From contig CAYGWK010000004.1 in the NCBI GenBank assembly GCA_964353785.1, positions 22,730 through 86,729 of the forward strand: a DNA stretch of 64,000 bases, in the 5' to 3' direction. This DNA comes from an uncultured Gammaproteobacteria bacterium. GTDB lineage: Bacteria; Patescibacteriota; Microgenomatia; CAYGWK01. The notes below the pieces were generated by a model. That model ran no database searches. It was not told the DNA's origin and was given only the letters and a program-made list of their open reading frames with translations. A program made the position numbers and the translations under genes. Positions 27,657 to 38,175 of this stretch are shown in pieces; the stretch's first letter is position 1, and every line of letters starts with the position of its first letter.

Positions 27657-28696
27657 TTTTAACAAAACTTCGGTTACAAAACTTCCGGAATTATAAGAAG
27701 CAAGAATTTGAGTTTTCAGACAAAACCACTCTCGTTGTTGGTCCAAACACTTCTGGCAAAACCAATTTGTTGGAGGGAATTTATCTTCTAGCCACTGGCA
27801 AATCTTTTCGAGCTGGTCTTGAACAGGAGATGATTGCCTATGACCAAGATTTATCAAGGGTTAAAGGCAGGATTTTAAACAAAGAAAGAACTGATTTGGA
27901 AATAATTTTAACCAGAGGCGAAGTTTTAGGTGAGAAAGTGGCTAAGAAAAAATATCAGGTCAACGGGGTCTCCAAGCGGGCAATAGATTTTGTCGGCAAG
28001 CTTTTGGCAGTTTATTTTGGACCAGAAGATTTAGATTTGGTGACAAACTCTCCTTCTTTGCGGAGAAAATATCTGGATTCGGTTTTATCCCAAGTTGACA
28101 GAGAATATAGCCGCTCGGCTCTTTCTTATGAGAAGGGTTTGCGTCAAAGAAATAAACTACTTGAGAGGATTCGGGAGGAAGGCGCCTCAAGAAGTCAACT
28201 TTTATTTTGGAATCAACTTCTGATTAAAAATGGAGAATATATCACCAGGAAAAGAGAAGAATTTATTGAATTTGTCAACAGCCAACGGTTTTCAGCATTC
28301 AGTTTTCAACTGGAATATGATAAAAGCATTATTTCGCCAGCAAGACTTGAGGATTATGCTGAGGAAGAGGTGGCGGCTGGAGCCACGCTGGTCGGTCCCC
28401 ATCGAGACGACTTTTCTTTTAAACTTCAGAAACGAAACTTAAGCGCTTTTGGTTCGCGGGGAGAACAAAGGCTGGCGATTTTATGGCTTAAACTTTGTGA
28501 GCTGGAATTCATTACTCAGGCAGTGGGCGAGCGACCAGTTTTACTTTTAGATGATATTTTTTCCGAACTTGACAAAAAACACCGAAAACTGGTTTTAGAG
28601 ATTATTCCCCAGCAGCAAACAATCATCACCACCGCCGAGCAAGAGATGGTTGAAAAAGAATATCTAAAAAAGATAGAAATGGTAAAATTGGGCTAA
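27644..28696 (+). CDS. recF: DNA replication and repair protein RecF
   Basis: LRLQNFRNY...GPNTSGKTNLLEGI Walker A N-terminus, SMC-like signature and Walker B LLLDDIFSELD. Confidence 0.85.
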   Translation: MPEMILTKLRLQNFRNYKKQEFEFSDKTTLVVGPNTSGKTNLLEGIYLLATGKSFRAGLEQEMIAYDQDLSRVKGRILNKERTDLEIILTRGEVLGEKVAKKKYQVNGVSKRAIDFVGKLLAVYFGPEDLDLVTNSPSLRRKYLDSVLSQVDREYSRSALSYEKGLRQRNKLLERIREEGASRSQLLFWNQLLIKNGEYITRKREEFIEFVNSQRFSAFSFQLEYDKSIISPARLEDYAEEEVAAGATLVGPHRDDFSFKLQKRNLSAFGSRGEQRLAILWLKLCELEFITQAVGERPVLLLDDIFSELDKKHRKLVLEIIPQQQTIITTAEQEMVEKEYLKKIEMVKLG

Positions 28697-29472
28697 TGAG
28701 AGAATTTAAAGAAGAAGAACTTAAAAAATTAAAAACAGAAGGACAGGTAACAATAATTGGGGGTTCCAGTCTTTTTCATGGAGCGCCGATTTTAGCCTTA
28801 AAAACAGCCTCTCGAATGGTTGAGATGGTCTTTTTTGCCTCACCTGAACCTTCGGTTGGTAAGGTGGCAGAAGAGTTAAAAAGCAAACTTTCCTCTTTTA
28901 TTTGGGTGCCCTGGGAAGAGGTAGGAAAATATATTAAAAAATCAAATGCAGTTCTCATCGGTCCTGGTTTTATGCGTCATCGTAGCGAGAGTAAGGAAAT
29001 AACCGAGAAATTTTTATCAAAATTTCCAGAAAAACAATGGGTGATTGATGCCGGTTCGCTCCAGGTGATGGAAACAAAATTTATTCCTAGAAATGCCATT
29101 TTGACACCAAACATAAAAGAATTTGGAATACTTTTTGGAGTTGAAGCCAGTGCAAAAATTATATCCTCGCTCGCTCAAAAACACTCTTGTGTTATTGTTT
29201 TTAAAGGTCCAGAGACAATTGTTTGTTCATCCAAAGAATGCGTTTCGGTTAAAGGCGGAAATAGGGGACTTGAGAAAGGTGGAACTGGAGATGTTTTAGC
29301 AGGATTAATCGTGGCTTTAGCCGCCAAAAATCCGCCATTTCTGGCCGCCTGCGTTGCTTCCTGGATTGTAAAGCGCACAGCTGACCAGTTATATAAAAAG
29401 GTAGGTTTTGCCTACAACGCCGACGATTTAGCCGAAAAAATTCCCGAAGTTTTGGGAGAATATCTTCGTTAA
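28696..29472 (+). CDS. nnrD: ADP-dependent NAD(P)H-hydrate dehydratase (YjeF C-terminal domain)
   Basis: GGS...G..I GPG, and GTGDVLAG signature of the YjeF-C carbohydrate-kinase-like family. Confidence 0.75.
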   Translation: MREFKEEELKKLKTEGQVTIIGGSSLFHGAPILALKTASRMVEMVFFASPEPSVGKVAEELKSKLSSFIWVPWEEVGKYIKKSNAVLIGPGFMRHRSESKEITEKFLSKFPEKQWVIDAGSLQVMETKFIPRNAILTPNIKEFGILFGVEASAKIISSLAQKHSCVIVFKGPETIVCSSKECVSVKGGNRGLEKGGTGDVLAGLIVALAAKNPPFLAACVASWIVKRTADQLYKKVGFAYNADDLAEKIPEVLGEYLR

Positions 29473-29517
29473 TCTTTCTTCATTGTTTTTTTCCGCAGAA
29501 TTTGCGATAATTAATTT

Positions 29518-30570
29518 GTGTACCAGCCAAAATATACTATTACCAACGAAATTTTGAAAAATATTGGCACTGTCGAAGCCTGTCGAGAAGTAATTGACAA
29601 TGCCCCCCTTGTTCCTGCTTGGGAGAAAAAGTTTCGGGAAGAGGCGATGGTGCGGACTGTTCACTATGGCACCCATCTTGAGGGAAATGAACTTTCTTTT
29701 TCTGAAGCAGAAAAAGTTTTGGAAGGACAAAAAATTGTTGCCAAAGACCGGGATATTCAAGAAGTAATAAATTATCGTAATGTTTTAAGATATATTGATA
29801 GTCTGGAGCAAAGGCAGTATACAGAAGAACAGATTAAGACAATTCATAAACTAACAGTTCATAAACTTATTCCTAAAAACCAGTCTGGAAAATTTCGCCA
29901 AACCCAGGTAGTTTTAAGAAACAGTCAGACCGGAGAAATTGCTTTCAGACCGCCACCTTTTGCCGAGATTCAGGTGCTTATTTCTGATTTTCTGGATTGG
30001 TTAAATAGCGAGGAACAAAAAGCAGTTCATCCGGTTATTCGGGCTGGGATTACCCATTACACCTTGGCGGCTATTCATCCTTTTGTTGAGGGAAATGGGA
30101 GAACTGCCCGAGCTTTTGCTACTTTAGTTTTGTTTTCCGAAGGCTATAATATTAAAAAATTTTTCTCTTTAGAGGAGTATTTTGACAAAGACGCTGCTTC
30201 TTATTATTCATCCTTAATGCAAGTTTCAAACCAAAATGAAAATCTAACTCAGCGAGATTTGACTTGCTGGATTGAATATTTCTCAAAAGCCTTAAGCGTT
30301 GAGTTGACCAGGATAAAAGAGAGAGTGAGAAAACTTTCGGTTGATTTAAAACTTAAAAAAAGAATCGGTCAGCAAATTGCTTTATCAGAACGGCAAATGA
30401 AGCTGGTTGAATACCTGGAGGAGTATAAAGAAATCACCGTGCCCCAGGCTCGCCAGATTCTTCAAATGGTTTCAGATGACACGATTTTGCGGGATTTGAA
30501 AGACCTTTTAAAAAAGGGTATAGTTAAAAAAGAGGGGCGGACAAAGGCCGCTCGGTATGTGATGAAATAA
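29518..30570 (+). CDS. Fic-family protein (AMPylation/Doc-like) with C-terminal winged-helix
   Basis: Canonical Fic motif HPFVEGNGRTARA. Confidence 0.85.
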   Translation: MYQPKYTITNEILKNIGTVEACREVIDNAPLVPAWEKKFREEAMVRTVHYGTHLEGNELSFSEAEKVLEGQKIVAKDRDIQEVINYRNVLRYIDSLEQRQYTEEQIKTIHKLTVHKLIPKNQSGKFRQTQVVLRNSQTGEIAFRPPPFAEIQVLISDFLDWLNSEEQKAVHPVIRAGITHYTLAAIHPFVEGNGRTARAFATLVLFSEGYNIKKFFSLEEYFDKDAASYYSSLMQVSNQNENLTQRDLTCWIEYFSKALSVELTRIKERVRKLSVDLKLKKRIGQQIALSERQMKLVEYLEEYKEITVPQARQILQMVSDDTILRDLKDLLKKGIVKKEGRTKAARYVMK

Positions 30571-30578
30571 GAAGCAAA

Positions 30579-30773
30579 ATGAGTCCAACTGACCCTCAGT
30601 TTTTATATATGATTTTGGTTCTGCCCACCCTTTTTGGGTTGACCTTGGTGGGTGAGGGATTAAATAAAATTTTGAAAAATGAAATGGCTGGTTGGCTTTC
30701 AATCGTTTTTGGAATTTTGTTTATTGGTGTGGTTATTTTTGCTTTCTTTTTCTTTTCTTCTGCCCTAAGGTAA
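30579..30773 (+). CDS. small hydrophobic membrane protein
   Basis: 64 aa, two predicted TM helices. Confidence 0.4.
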   Translation: MSPTDPQFLYMILVLPTLFGLTLVGEGLNKILKNEMAGWLSIVFGILFIGVVIFAFFFFSSALR

Positions 30774-30776
30774 TAT

Positions 30777-32546
30777 ATGGAATTTGCAAAACTCTCAGAG
30801 TTTCTTCAAAACCTTGAAGAGACTCCCTCAAGAAATAAAATGATTGAGATTCTAGCCGAACTCTTCAAGGTCTCGAGTAAAGATGAAGTTGACAAAATTT
30901 GCTATCTTTCTTTAGGTCAACTGGCGCCTTTATATGAGGGTATTGAGTTTAATCTAGCCGAGAAAATGATGATAAGAGCCTTGGCGCAGTCCTTTAATTT
31001 GAGTGAGAGCAAGATAAAGAAACATTCTAAAAAACTTGGTGATTTAGGCGATGTTGTCACCGAGCTAAAGCCCAAAACTCGCGCCTTAAAACTTTCGGTA
31101 CTCCAGGTTTATAAAAGGCTTTATGAGATTGCGATGGAACAAGGCGAGGGTTCAGTTGGGAGAAAAATCTCCAAAATGGCAACCCTTTTAGGCGAGCTGG
31201 ATTCTCTAAGCGCCAAATATGCAGTCAGAATTCCTCTTGGTAAGCTTCGTCTTGGTTTTTCGGAATTAACAATTATGGATGCTTTATCTTGGATGACTGC
31301 CGGGGATAAATCAAAAAGGAAGGAGATTGAAGAGGCTTACAACGTTAGGGCGGATATTGGCCAGATTGTAAGGCTTGTAAAAGAAAAAGATTTAAAGGGT
31401 TTGGCGCAAGTTAAAGTTTCTTTAGGAACGCCAATCATGCCTGCTTTATGTCAAAGACTGCCGACAGTTGAGGAGATGATTGAAAAAATGGCCTCTGGCC
31501 CGGAGGGGCGAGTGGCGGTTGAGCCAAAATATGATGGTACTCGGCTTCAGATTCATTTTGGTAAAAAAGATTTTATCCGGATTTTTACCCGAAATCTGGA
31601 AAATGTCACCCAGATGTTTCCTGACATAGTTAAATCTTTACCAGAAGAAATCAATGCTCGGGAGGTGATTTTGGATGGAGAGGCGATTGGTTTTGACCCC
31701 AAAACCGGCAGATTTTTACCCTTTCAAGAAACAATCAAAAGAAAAAGAAAATATGAAATTACCCAAAAAGCCAAAGAAATTCCTTTGAAGTTCTTTTGCT
31801 TTGATATTTTATTTTACGCCAGTAAAAGAACGACCGCAGGGAGTTCATATAAAGATGGTCAGGATCTTTTAAAAGTCCCTTTTAATAAAAGAAGGGAAGT
31901 TTTGGAGAAAACTCTTTCTTTAAAAAACAAAACCATTATCTTATCCCTGCAAATTGTAACCAGCGATCCAGAGGAACTTCGGAGATATCATGATGAGCAG
32001 ATTAAGAAAGGTTTGGAGGGCGTGGTAGTTAAGAAATGGGAGGCAGCTTATGATCCGGGTCGGCGGGGTTATACCTGGGTTAAATTTAAGCAGGAGAAAG
32101 GCAAAAAGGGCGGAGGACTGGCCGACACTTTGGATTGTGTAGTTATGGGTTATTATAAAGGTAGAGGCAAAAGAGCCGGATTTGGGATTGGCGGATTTTT
32201 GGTAGGCATAAGAGAAAAAGAGGGAAGCGACAGATTTTTAACCATCTCCAAAATTGGCACCGGACTAACTGACCAGCAGTGGCGAGAAATGAAAAAGCGT
32301 GGAGACAAAGTTGCCGTTAAAGAGCCTCCCAAACAATATCAAGTTGATAAAAATCTCATTCCTGATGTTTGGTGCAGTCCTTGGATTGTGGTTGAGGTTG
32401 AAGCAGATAATATTACCAAATCGCCAATCCATGCCGCCAAATACGCCCTTCGTTTTCCCCGCCTTGTTCGCTTCCGGGATGATAAGTCTCCCCAAGAAGC
32501 AACCACTTTAGCTGAAGCCGAGAAACTCTACAGGCTTCAAAAATAA
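30777..32546 (+). CDS. ATP-dependent DNA ligase
   Basis: Adenylation motif I EPKYDGTR (KxDG), subsequent nucleotidyltransferase motifs and OB-fold region; size 589 aa. Confidence 0.9.
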   Translation: MEFAKLSEFLQNLEETPSRNKMIEILAELFKVSSKDEVDKICYLSLGQLAPLYEGIEFNLAEKMMIRALAQSFNLSESKIKKHSKKLGDLGDVVTELKPKTRALKLSVLQVYKRLYEIAMEQGEGSVGRKISKMATLLGELDSLSAKYAVRIPLGKLRLGFSELTIMDALSWMTAGDKSKRKEIEEAYNVRADIGQIVRLVKEKDLKGLAQVKVSLGTPIMPALCQRLPTVEEMIEKMASGPEGRVAVEPKYDGTRLQIHFGKKDFIRIFTRNLENVTQMFPDIVKSLPEEINAREVILDGEAIGFDPKTGRFLPFQETIKRKRKYEITQKAKEIPLKFFCFDILFYASKRTTAGSSYKDGQDLLKVPFNKRREVLEKTLSLKNKTIILSLQIVTSDPEELRRYHDEQIKKGLEGVVVKKWEAAYDPGRRGYTWVKFKQEKGKKGGGLADTLDCVVMGYYKGRGKRAGFGIGGFLVGIREKEGSDRFLTISKIGTGLTDQQWREMKKRGDKVAVKEPPKQYQVDKNLIPDVWCSPWIVVEVEADNITKSPIHAAKYALRFPRLVRFRDDKSPQEATTLAEAEKLYRLQK

Positions 32547-32570
32547 TTTGTACTGGTGTAAAATAAAGAC

Positions 32571-33107
32571 ATGCGGAAGCATAAAAATTTGCTTCTCTTT
32601 ATTCTGGGTTTGGTAGTGGCTTATTTTCTTTCGCAAAATCAAGGGTTTGGCGATTTTTTGGTTAGGCTTGGAAATTACGGATATTTAAGCGCCATTTTAG
32701 CCGGTGCTTTATTTGTTTCAACTTTTACGATTGCCACCGGCGCTTTAATTTTAATGACCCTGGCTAGGACTCTTTCTCCAATTGAGCTGATTTTACTGGC
32801 AGGAATTGGAGCAGTTTTGGGTGATTTGCTTATATTTCTTTTTGTCAAAGACGATGTGGTGAAGGAGATTGAGCCGATTTACAACGAAATAACCGGCAGT
32901 CATTTAAAAAAAATCTTACATACAAGATATTTTGCTTGGACTCTACCTGTGGTGGGTGCTTTTATTATTATTTCACCTTTACCTGATGAGCTTGGAGTAA
33001 GCTTAATGAGCGTCTCGGAGATAAAAACTGGAAAATTCTTGATAATTTCCTGGGTTTCCCATACGGTGGGAATGTTTTTGCTAGTTTCTGCCTCTTTGAT
33101 AGTTTAG
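32571..33107 (+). CDS. multi-pass membrane protein, hypothetical
   Basis: Hydrophobic helices throughout. Confidence 0.45.
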   Translation: MRKHKNLLLFILGLVVAYFLSQNQGFGDFLVRLGNYGYLSAILAGALFVSTFTIATGALILMTLARTLSPIELILLAGIGAVLGDLLIFLFVKDDVVKEIEPIYNEITGSHLKKILHTRYFAWTLPVVGAFIIISPLPDELGVSLMSVSEIKTGKFLIISWVSHTVGMFLLVSASLIV

Positions 33108-33111
33108 TCTG

Positions 33112-34446
33112 ATGAAAATAATCGCCGACCTTCATTTTCATAGTAAATACTCCCGAGCCGTTTCTCAACAAATGGTTCTACCTGAGATTGGCCGCTGGGC
33201 TAGACTTAAGGGAATTGATTTGGTGACGACTTCTGATTTTACTCATCCTTTATGGCTTAGGGAGATTAAAGCGAATCTTGAGGAGACAGGAGAGGGGATT
33301 TATAGACTTAAAGGACAAGAAAAACCCCTGTTTTTGCTGACAACCGAAATCTCAAGCATTTATACCCAAAATGGAAAACTTCGGCGGATTCACAATCTTG
33401 TCTTTGCTCCAAGCCTTTTGGAAGCGGAAAAAATTGAAACTGAGTTGGCTCGGCGGGGAAATGTAATGAGTGACGGAAGACCCATTTTTGGTTTATCGGC
33501 CCGAGATTTAGCGGCTTTGATTTTGGATACTTCTCCCCAGGCTTTAATTGTTCCCGCCCATGCTTGGACTCCTCATTTTTCTTTATACGGTTCAGAATCA
33601 GGTTTTGACTCACTTTCCGAATGTTTTGGTGATATGGCGAAAAACATTTACGCTATCGAGACCGGACTGTCAAGCGACCCAGCCATGAATTGGAGAATAG
33701 AGGAGTTGGACAACCGGTCAATTATTTCCTGTTCCGATGCTCACTCGGGGGCAAAGTTAGGTAGGGAAGCCACGGTTTTTGAGATAGACGATATTAAGAA
33801 ATTAAGATACGAGGATATTAAAAAAGCAATTATCCAATCATCTAATCATCTAATCAACCAGTCACCTAATATAGCTTACACTATTGAATTCTATCCTGAG
33901 GAAGGGAAATATCATTATACTGGCCATCGAAATTGTGGGGTCAGGCAATCGCCGGAGGAAACGAGCCGACTAGGGGAGACTTGCCCTGTTTGCGGTAAAC
34001 ATCTGACTGTCGGAGTGATGCACAGGGTCGAACAACTTGCTAGTCGAAATGTAGAAGGGAAAATGGATAATTCGGAGTTGGGAATACGTTGGGTTAAACA
34101 TCCAGAAGACAGAAGACCACCATACGTCATGTCAGTCCCGCTTTTAGAGATTTTAGCCGAATCATTAGAAACGACAGTAGGTAGCCAAAAGGCAATTTCT
34201 GAGTATAAAAATTTAACATCGAATTTTGGGGGAGAATTTGGGGTTTTGCTAAATACTGAAATCCAAGAAATTGCTAAAATTTCCGGTCCAAGAGTGGCCG
34301 AAGGGATTAAAAAAGTTCGCTCTGGAGAAATTGTGGTTGAGCCAGGATATGATGGAGTTTTTGGGACAGTCAAAATTTGGCCAGAGGAATCCTCCTTCGC
34401 TAAAGCTACGGAGGACAAGGAAAAAGAACAACTAGCGCTTTTTTAA
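33112..34446 (+). CDS. PHP-domain metal-dependent nuclease, endonuclease Q-like (TIGR00375-like)
   Basis: N-terminal ADLHFHSKYSRA PHP His motif, internal H/D metal ligands, CPVCGKH zinc-finger insert. Confidence 0.5.
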   Translation: MKIIADLHFHSKYSRAVSQQMVLPEIGRWARLKGIDLVTTSDFTHPLWLREIKANLEETGEGIYRLKGQEKPLFLLTTEISSIYTQNGKLRRIHNLVFAPSLLEAEKIETELARRGNVMSDGRPIFGLSARDLAALILDTSPQALIVPAHAWTPHFSLYGSESGFDSLSECFGDMAKNIYAIETGLSSDPAMNWRIEELDNRSIISCSDAHSGAKLGREATVFEIDDIKKLRYEDIKKAIIQSSNHLINQSPNIAYTIEFYPEEGKYHYTGHRNCGVRQSPEETSRLGETCPVCGKHLTVGVMHRVEQLASRNVEGKMDNSELGIRWVKHPEDRRPPYVMSVPLLEILAESLETTVGSQKAISEYKNLTSNFGGEFGVLLNTEIQEIAKISGPRVAEGIKKVRSGEIVVEPGYDGVFGTVKIWPEESSFAKATEDKEKEQLALF

Positions 34447-36147
34447 ATGAAATTATCAAAACTTCAGTTAATTCTTCTGATTTTGGCTGCTGGCGCTCTA
34501 GTTTACTTCAACTCTCTTTTTAATGGCTTTGTTTGGGATGACGAGGAACAGATTGTTAAAAATACCTTGGTTCAAAATTTTTCTAACCTGCCTTTGATTT
34601 TTAGATACAGCACTTATTACGGTGGAGGAGGGGCGCCAACTGGTTGGTTCTATCGGCCGATGATGACTCTTTCTTATTTAATCAATTATTCTCTCTGGGG
34701 ACCAAATGCTTTTGGTTTCCACTTTTTTCAAGTAATTATCCATCTTTTGAATGCTGCCTTAATATTTTTGGTTTTTTCAGAGATTTTTTCTAGAGAGAAG
34801 TTGTCAAATTCGAAGATTGTCGGCTTCCTGACGGCTTTAGTTTTTGTGGTCCATCCAGCCAACGTTGAAGCCGTGGCTTACATCGCCGCCCTTCAGGAAA
34901 GTCTTTATACCCTTTTTGCCCTATCCATTTTTTTAGTTCTTCTTTGGTTTAAAAAAACCCAAGACTTTCGGTACTGGTTTTTACTGACTTTTTTGCTTTT
35001 ATTATCTTTACTTTCTAAAGAGTCAGCTCTCTTTATTATTCCTCTGATGTTTGTTTTTTTGTTTTTCTTTCAGAAAGAAAAAATTGTTGGTTGGGTTTTT
35101 TCTTCAATCTTTGCTTTTTTAGGTTATCTTTTTTTAAGATTGGTTGTAGCTCAAATTCCCCTTCTCTCTCCTGATATTGGTCCGGTGGCAGAGTCTTCCT
35201 TAAGCCAGAGATTAACGAGTCTACCTTACGAGACAGTTTCTTATTTGCGAATTATCTTTTTCCCAAAAGATTTATTTATTTCCCAACACACTCTAATTAC
35301 AGACCTCTCTGATTTTCGTTTTTGGGGTTTCCTGCTTTTGCTTTTACCCTGCGTTGCCTTTTTTACTTGGTTTGGAGCCAGGAAAAAATCAAAATTATTT
35401 TTCTTTTTTGCTTTTTGGTTTATCGGCTCGCTTAGCCTTGTTTTAAACATTATTCCTTTGGACATGATCGTAGCTGAGCGCTGGCTTTATTTTCCTTTAA
35501 TTGGTTTTTTAGGGATGATGGCAATGATTTTAGCCTGGTTTGATAGGTTTTCTCGAGTCTCTCGTTTGGTGGTTCCTTTGTTTTTGGCGGCGGTGGTTTT
35601 GCTGGGGGCGAGAACAGTGATAAGAAATACCAATTGGCACAATGGGTTGACTTTATATGGTCATGATATTCATCTTAATCCTGATGCTTTTGACCTTCAA
35701 AACAATTATGGAGTTGAGTTATTTAGAGCCGGGAAAATTGACGAAGCCAAAATCCATTTTGAGCGCTCAATTGAACTTTATCCTCGCTGGTGGTTTGCCT
35801 ACAACAATTTGGGAGCAGTTTATGGAAGAAAAGGAGATTTGGTCCAGGCAAGAAGACTCTACGAGCAGACACTTAAAATTTCTGATTATTATTCGGCTTA
35901 TGAGAATTTGGGTTTTAATCTTCTTAAAACAGCCAGTCCAGAGGAAGCGATTTCTTTTTTAGTAAGAGCAATTTTAAAGTTTCCCCAAAACTCAAGATTA
36001 AGAGTGGCTTTAGCCTTGGTTTATTATAAAGAAGGGAGACAAAAGGAGGCAGAAAAATTTGCCCAAGAAGCCTATTTTCTTGAACCATCAGCCCAAAACA
36101 GAGCCTTGCTTGAAACAATCATCTCTAAGGAAAAAATTGATTTTTAG
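34447..36147 (+). CDS. GT-C-type polytopic membrane protein (PMT/ArnT-like) with C-terminal TPR repeats
   Basis: ~10 TM helices with DDEEQIV-type acidic first loop; C-terminal TPR-like repeats (NLGAVYGRKGDLVQARRLYEQTLKI). Confidence 0.55.
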   Translation: MKLSKLQLILLILAAGALVYFNSLFNGFVWDDEEQIVKNTLVQNFSNLPLIFRYSTYYGGGGAPTGWFYRPMMTLSYLINYSLWGPNAFGFHFFQVIIHLLNAALIFLVFSEIFSREKLSNSKIVGFLTALVFVVHPANVEAVAYIAALQESLYTLFALSIFLVLLWFKKTQDFRYWFLLTFLLLLSLLSKESALFIIPLMFVFLFFFQKEKIVGWVFSSIFAFLGYLFLRLVVAQIPLLSPDIGPVAESSLSQRLTSLPYETVSYLRIIFFPKDLFISQHTLITDLSDFRFWGFLLLLLPCVAFFTWFGARKKSKLFFFFAFWFIGSLSLVLNIIPLDMIVAERWLYFPLIGFLGMMAMILAWFDRFSRVSRLVVPLFLAAVVLLGARTVIRNTNWHNGLTLYGHDIHLNPDAFDLQNNYGVELFRAGKIDEAKIHFERSIELYPRWWFAYNNLGAVYGRKGDLVQARRLYEQTLKISDYYSAYENLGFNLLKTASPEEAISFLVRAILKFPQNSRLRVALALVYYKEGRQKEAEKFAQEAYFLEPSAQNRALLETIISKEKIDF

Positions 36148-36211
36148 GCTATTGACAACGGTTGAGAATTTATGAGACGATTAAGACGGAGAAGGGAGGT
36201 GACATAAATAA

Positions 36212-36535
36212 ATGGCTGAAGGAAAAAGCGGGCTTGGATTGCCGACGAACACGGCGGCGGCCCTCTCCTATGTCTTGGGTTGGCTAACCGGAATAGTTTT
36301 TCTCTTAATTGAAAAAGACCCATTTGTTCGCTTCCACGCGATGCAGTCAATCATTACTTTTGGACTTTTGACTATTATTTCCTTTGTTCCCATAATTGGT
36401 TGGTTGCTTTCTCCATTGGCGATGATAGTCGGTTTTGTTCTTTGGTTAGTTTTAATCTTCAAGGCTTATCAGGGAGAGGAATTCAAACTGCCGGTGATTG
36501 GGGATTTTGCCAAGAAACAAGTAGGTAAAATTTAA
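36212..36535 (+). CDS. DUF4870-like small membrane protein
   Basis: AALSYVLGWLTGIVFLLIEKD...FHAMQS pattern recalled for DUF4870/TM2-like proteins. Confidence 0.55.
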   Translation: MAEGKSGLGLPTNTAAALSYVLGWLTGIVFLLIEKDPFVRFHAMQSIITFGLLTIISFVPIIGWLLSPLAMIVGFVLWLVLIFKAYQGEEFKLPVIGDFAKKQVGKI

Positions 36536-36611
36536 CCCATCCCAACCGTCTTCAGACCTTCATTTTTAAGGTTTGTTTGGGGTGGGTTTTTAGTGGTAAA
36601 ATCAAAAGGAA

Positions 36612-37250
36612 ATGTTTAAAAATCGAGAAGAGGCAGGAAAAAAATTGGCGGAGAAGATACTTAGAGACATAAAAACTGAAAAACTGAAAAACAAGATTGT
36701 GATTTTAGCCATTCCTCGGGGTGGGGTGGTGATTGGGAAAGAACTGGCAAAAGTACTTGGCGCTCCTTTGGATGTTTTAATCACCAGAAAAATTGGCGCT
36801 CCAGGAAATCCAGAGTTGGCTGTTGGGGCGGTTGGCCCTGAAGGAATAAGGATTATAGACTGGGAACTGGCGAAAAGACTTGGAGCGGACCAAGATTATT
36901 TAAAATTGCAAATTGAAAATTTAAAATTGGAGATTGCCGAGAGAGAGGAAAAGTTTAGGGGAGACAAAAAAGAATTGGAAGTTACTGGGAAAATTGTAAT
37001 TTTAACTGATGATGGAATTGCTACTGGCGCCACAACTGAAGCAGCCATTGCTTGGCTTAAGAGCAAAAAGGTAAAAAAAATAGTTTTGGCAGTGCCGGTC
37101 GCTCCGCCAGAGGTGGTGGAGAAATTAAAGCCTTTGGTTGATGAACTAATCTGCCTTGACCAGCCAGAATTTTTCGCCGCCGTGGGACAGTTTTATCAGG
37201 AATTTTCCCAAATATCAGATGAAGAAGTGGTAAAATTATTAGAAAAATGA
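36612..37250 (+). CDS. phosphoribosyltransferase-family protein
   Basis: PRPP-binding motif IVILTDDGIATGAT. Confidence 0.75.
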   Translation: MFKNREEAGKKLAEKILRDIKTEKLKNKIVILAIPRGGVVIGKELAKVLGAPLDVLITRKIGAPGNPELAVGAVGPEGIRIIDWELAKRLGADQDYLKLQIENLKLEIAEREEKFRGDKKELEVTGKIVILTDDGIATGATTEAAIAWLKSKKVKKIVLAVPVAPPEVVEKLKPLVDELICLDQPEFFAAVGQFYQEFSQISDEEVVKLLEK

Positions 37251-37876
37251 AACTAATTGTTGGTCTTGGAAATCCAGGGAAAAAGTACGAAAACAGTCGG
37301 CATAATGTTGGGTTTATGGTGGTGGATGAATTGGCCAGAAAATTTCAAATTTCAAATTTCAAATTTCAAATTGACAAAAAAGCAAACGCGGAGATTATCA
37401 AAACTAGTCATGGAGGAGAAGAGATTGTTTTGGCAAAACCCCAAGTCTTTATGAATGCTTCTGGCTTTGCGGTTGCCAAGTTATGTAGCCATTTAGCCAT
37501 TGAGCAATTTAGCAATCTCTGGGTAATTCATGATGATTTGGACCTGCCTTTGGGAAAAATAAAAATTGTCCAAGGTCGAGGTTCAGCCGGGCATCATGGA
37601 ATAGAGTCAATTATCAGGGAACTTGGCACGGCTGATTTTGTCAGATTTCGGCTCGGAGTAGGCCATCCTCTGAAAGGGGATGAGTGGTATGTTTCTCAAG
37701 GCGGACCAGTTGATAAAAATGTCAAACATAAAGAAGTAGAGGAGTATGTTTTAGAAGAATTTTCTGGAAAAGATAGGGTTGAAGCAGGAAAAATGATTAA
37801 AAAGGCAGCCGAGGCAATTGAAATTTCTCTTGAAAAAGGAATAGAACAGGCAGAAAATCAGTTGAATCTAAAATGA
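37247..37876 (+). CDS. pth: peptidyl-tRNA hydrolase
   Basis: MKLIVGLGNPGKKYENSRHNVGF N-terminus, catalytic His; contains an in-frame FQISNFKFQI insertion from an octamer tandem repeat. Confidence 0.85.
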   Translation: MKLIVGLGNPGKKYENSRHNVGFMVVDELARKFQISNFKFQIDKKANAEIIKTSHGGEEIVLAKPQVFMNASGFAVAKLCSHLAIEQFSNLWVIHDDLDLPLGKIKIVQGRGSAGHHGIESIIRELGTADFVRFRLGVGHPLKGDEWYVSQGGPVDKNVKHKEVEEYVLEEFSGKDRVEAGKMIKKAAEAIEISLEKGIEQAENQLNLK

Positions 37877-38175
37877 TTAACAAACCCCAGTTAGTTGGTG
37901 ATATTCTTAAAACTTTTGACCCCTTAAAAGATAAATATATTTCTCAAGAGTTTCAAAAATATGGTTATGATTTGGCAGTTGAATTAGGCGATTTAGAGCA
38001 TAAAGCTTTATACATAAAACTTGCCAAAGAAACTCCAAGGCAGATTTTGGAGCAAGCGAGAAATTTTGTTAAGGACGCGGGAAGAGTTAAAAGTAAGGCA
38101 AGGTTATTTATGTGGAAACTGGGAGAACTAAAAAATGAAAGAAAGCCTGTCTCAAAAAATCTACGCCGTTGTTAA
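37873..38175 (+). CDS. hypothetical protein
   Basis: 100-aa ORF overlapping neighbours by 4 and 41 bp. Confidence 0.4.
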   Translation: MINKPQLVGDILKTFDPLKDKYISQEFQKYGYDLAVELGDLEHKALYIKLAKETPRQILEQARNFVKDAGRVKSKARLFMWKLGELKNERKPVSKNLRRC

